DNA from: Schizochytrium sp. TIO01
Taxonomy: Eukaryota; Protista; Bigyra: Labyrinthulomycetes
Direction of reading: 5' to 3'
DNA: 64,000 bases
Assembly (NCBI GenBank): GCA_004764695.1
Contig: SMSO01000025.1
Span: forward strand, 124,001-188,000
Part shown: piece after piece, positions 62,201 to 64,000 of the stretch
How positions within the stretch are numbered: position 1 is the first letter of the stretch
Layout of the letters: each line of letters starts with the position of its first letter
Position numbers and translations under genes: made by a program
Notes under the pieces: generated by a model
The model's input: only the letters and a program-made list of their open reading frames with translations
What the model was told of the DNA's origin: nothing
The model's database searches: none

Positions 62201-64000
62201 CCCTTGTGGCGTTGAATAGCGAAGGAGATTCTTCCTTAGGAGAAGTTCTGCCGTGCGCCGTGATGGAGGAGATGTCGATGGCACGTACGGGTCCTGATGG
62301 CCCACTGCGGGCTTTACATGGATTGTTAGATGATCACCAGACGCGTGTGGGCCGTGATCGAAGCAGTACAGCAGGCTCGGGTTCTAATACTTTCGGGTTT
62401 TGCGCCACATCTAACTTTCTGCCGAGTATGCAAGGGAAAATTCCAGTGGGCCGTGCGCTAGCCAATCGCATTCTCGTTCTTGTTCACGAAAAGCAGACAG
62501 ATGATGATTTGATGAAGATGGCCAATGCTGCGGCCAAGGGTTGGACTAAGCATCCGCTGCAAGTCACAGGGGAGCAACTTATCAAGCGCGCAGTCGGTCA
62601 TGTAGCCGTCCGTGATCTGCTTATATTTGCACGAGCCACAGCGCAGGCAGGTATGACTGCGACTGCGCCTGACACTGGCGCTGTCACTTGCGCTGCTTTC
62701 TTACAGCGACGGTCGAAAGCAGATTCTGAGAAGACATGGAAAGCGATGAAAATGTATCAAAATAAGGACCAAGATGACAATCCTCGGCTTTTTCGCGACA
62801 ATGTTCTTCGAATTTTCCGCGACCCCGGGATGCCATCTCGAGGTCTTTTGATTGTATACGATGATGTGAGAGATCTGAGCGACTGGCTCCACGAATTGGA
62901 CGAGCGTCTTTGCGCAAGGCTGTGCTATTGTGAAGCTTATGTGCTAGACCTTTTGTGTCTTAACCTTCCGACGAGGGCGATTGAGCTGACAGGAGCTACC
63001 AAGGTGAGTGAACTTGCGCGCTTGACCGAGTCTGATGTAATTCAGCTCTGCATGACTGGCAATTGCGGAGATGAGGCTCCCAAATTAGCACGCAATTTGC
63101 GACAATGTCTTGAAAAATATGCTCAGTTGTGTGGCGATCCTTCTCCCCTTGTCCTACGCACAAAGCTTGCAAAAGGTCTGAATGCTGAACAAGATGTTGG
63201 AGATTGGGTCGATACGGTGTTCACCTCATTTGGGAGCTTAAGACGCGAGAGGATTCGCACGGCCTTGGGGAAGCGGAATATTCGCACACCAGGTGATCTT
63301 GCAGATATGTCGGTCGCCGATTTTTTGATTCCAACATGGCGCGAAGAAGCTTTTACATGTCTCACGCTTAAAACAGCACGTTGTGCGCTTTCGGGCGGCA
63401 AGATCCCTGTAGACGTTCGTGACGAGCTCAAATGTCACAACAAAGTTCTTAGGATAGCGCTTGAAGCGGCACCTGAGGGCCCTTCGAAAGCAATGAAGAT
63501 ATTGAAGGCTTCAACAGAGAGACAACGCGAAATTATCTGCGTGAGTAGTTGGGCGCGAAGTGCAGATGATGCAAGTCAAGAAGCGCTGCTGCGGTTGCGA
63601 ACAAGCATTCAAAGTGGTGGGACAGCGGTTCTCGTGAATCCAGAGCCAATTTTAGATTGCATTCATGCGCTCTTGAATGACTTTACTGATGGGGAAACAT
63701 CAACACTGCAGATGGGCACCTCTTTTGAAACGGTGTCGATTGGTCCTGGTGCCCGCCTCATCTTGTGTATGCACTCCAAGCAAATTCAAAATGTTCATGA
63801 TGCCGTGCTCTCACGCGTCTCGGTGGTGAATTCTGGGTATCCAATCCCAAGACAGATACCGAGTACCACGTTACGTCCTACGTCTGTCTATGCTCAGCTC
63901 GCAGCTCGAGTGCGGAACGCGGGTACGAATTGGCCTAGAGAAGAGGATCGGCACCTTCTTAAAAGTCTTGACGACACAAGTGGAGTATTGAGTGAGCGTC
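56210..64000 (+). CDS. RNF213/mysterin-like giant multi-AAA+ ATPase, 3'-partial, with two net +1 frameshifts (~60835 and ~61040)
   Basis: ATG in strong Kozak context at 56210. After the shifts the frame is open from 61021 to the window end. Motifs in RNF213 order: VVLAGDTGTGKT (Walker A at 61102), AILDE, LVTCNP, VLSARD, FKENLL..RQPVLLLGNDGMSKSL, FSPRTS, AVMEE..PLRALHGLLD, FCATSN, ANRIL, SRGLLIV, GGTAVLVNPEPILDCIHALLN. Confidence 0.78.

Overview
Eukaryotic, intron-poor genomic DNA with microsatellite-rich intergenic regions. Gene content and style suggest a stramenopile protist, most likely a thraustochytrid/labyrinthulomycete (inference). The left 42 kb holds mostly housekeeping-type genes: a CCT-domain protein, GPKOW/Spp2, Ric8, a cystatin, a spliced cyclic-nucleotide-binding K+ channel, a spliced SERCA-type Ca2+-ATPase, a multi-TM class-3 lipase, a TRAF-type Zn-finger array protein and an Arc1p/AIMP1-like tRNA-binding cofactor. 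One gene there is unusual: a mitochondrial protein with two lipoyl domains fused to a KGD4/MRPS36-like module and no E2 catalytic domain. The right 22 kb is a head-to-head pair of giant NTPase genes sharing about 1.6 kb of intergenic DNA. The minus-strand gene (~4,010 aa when joined) carries one intact and one degenerate copy of a large P-loop module. The plus-strand gene (>2,590 aa, runs off the window) has an RNF213/mysterin-like multi-AAA+ core with SAM-like inserts. Both giants, and one other gene, are broken only by net +1 frameshifts, which are either assembly indels or something more interesting. Family assignments come from motif recognition by eye; no searches were run.
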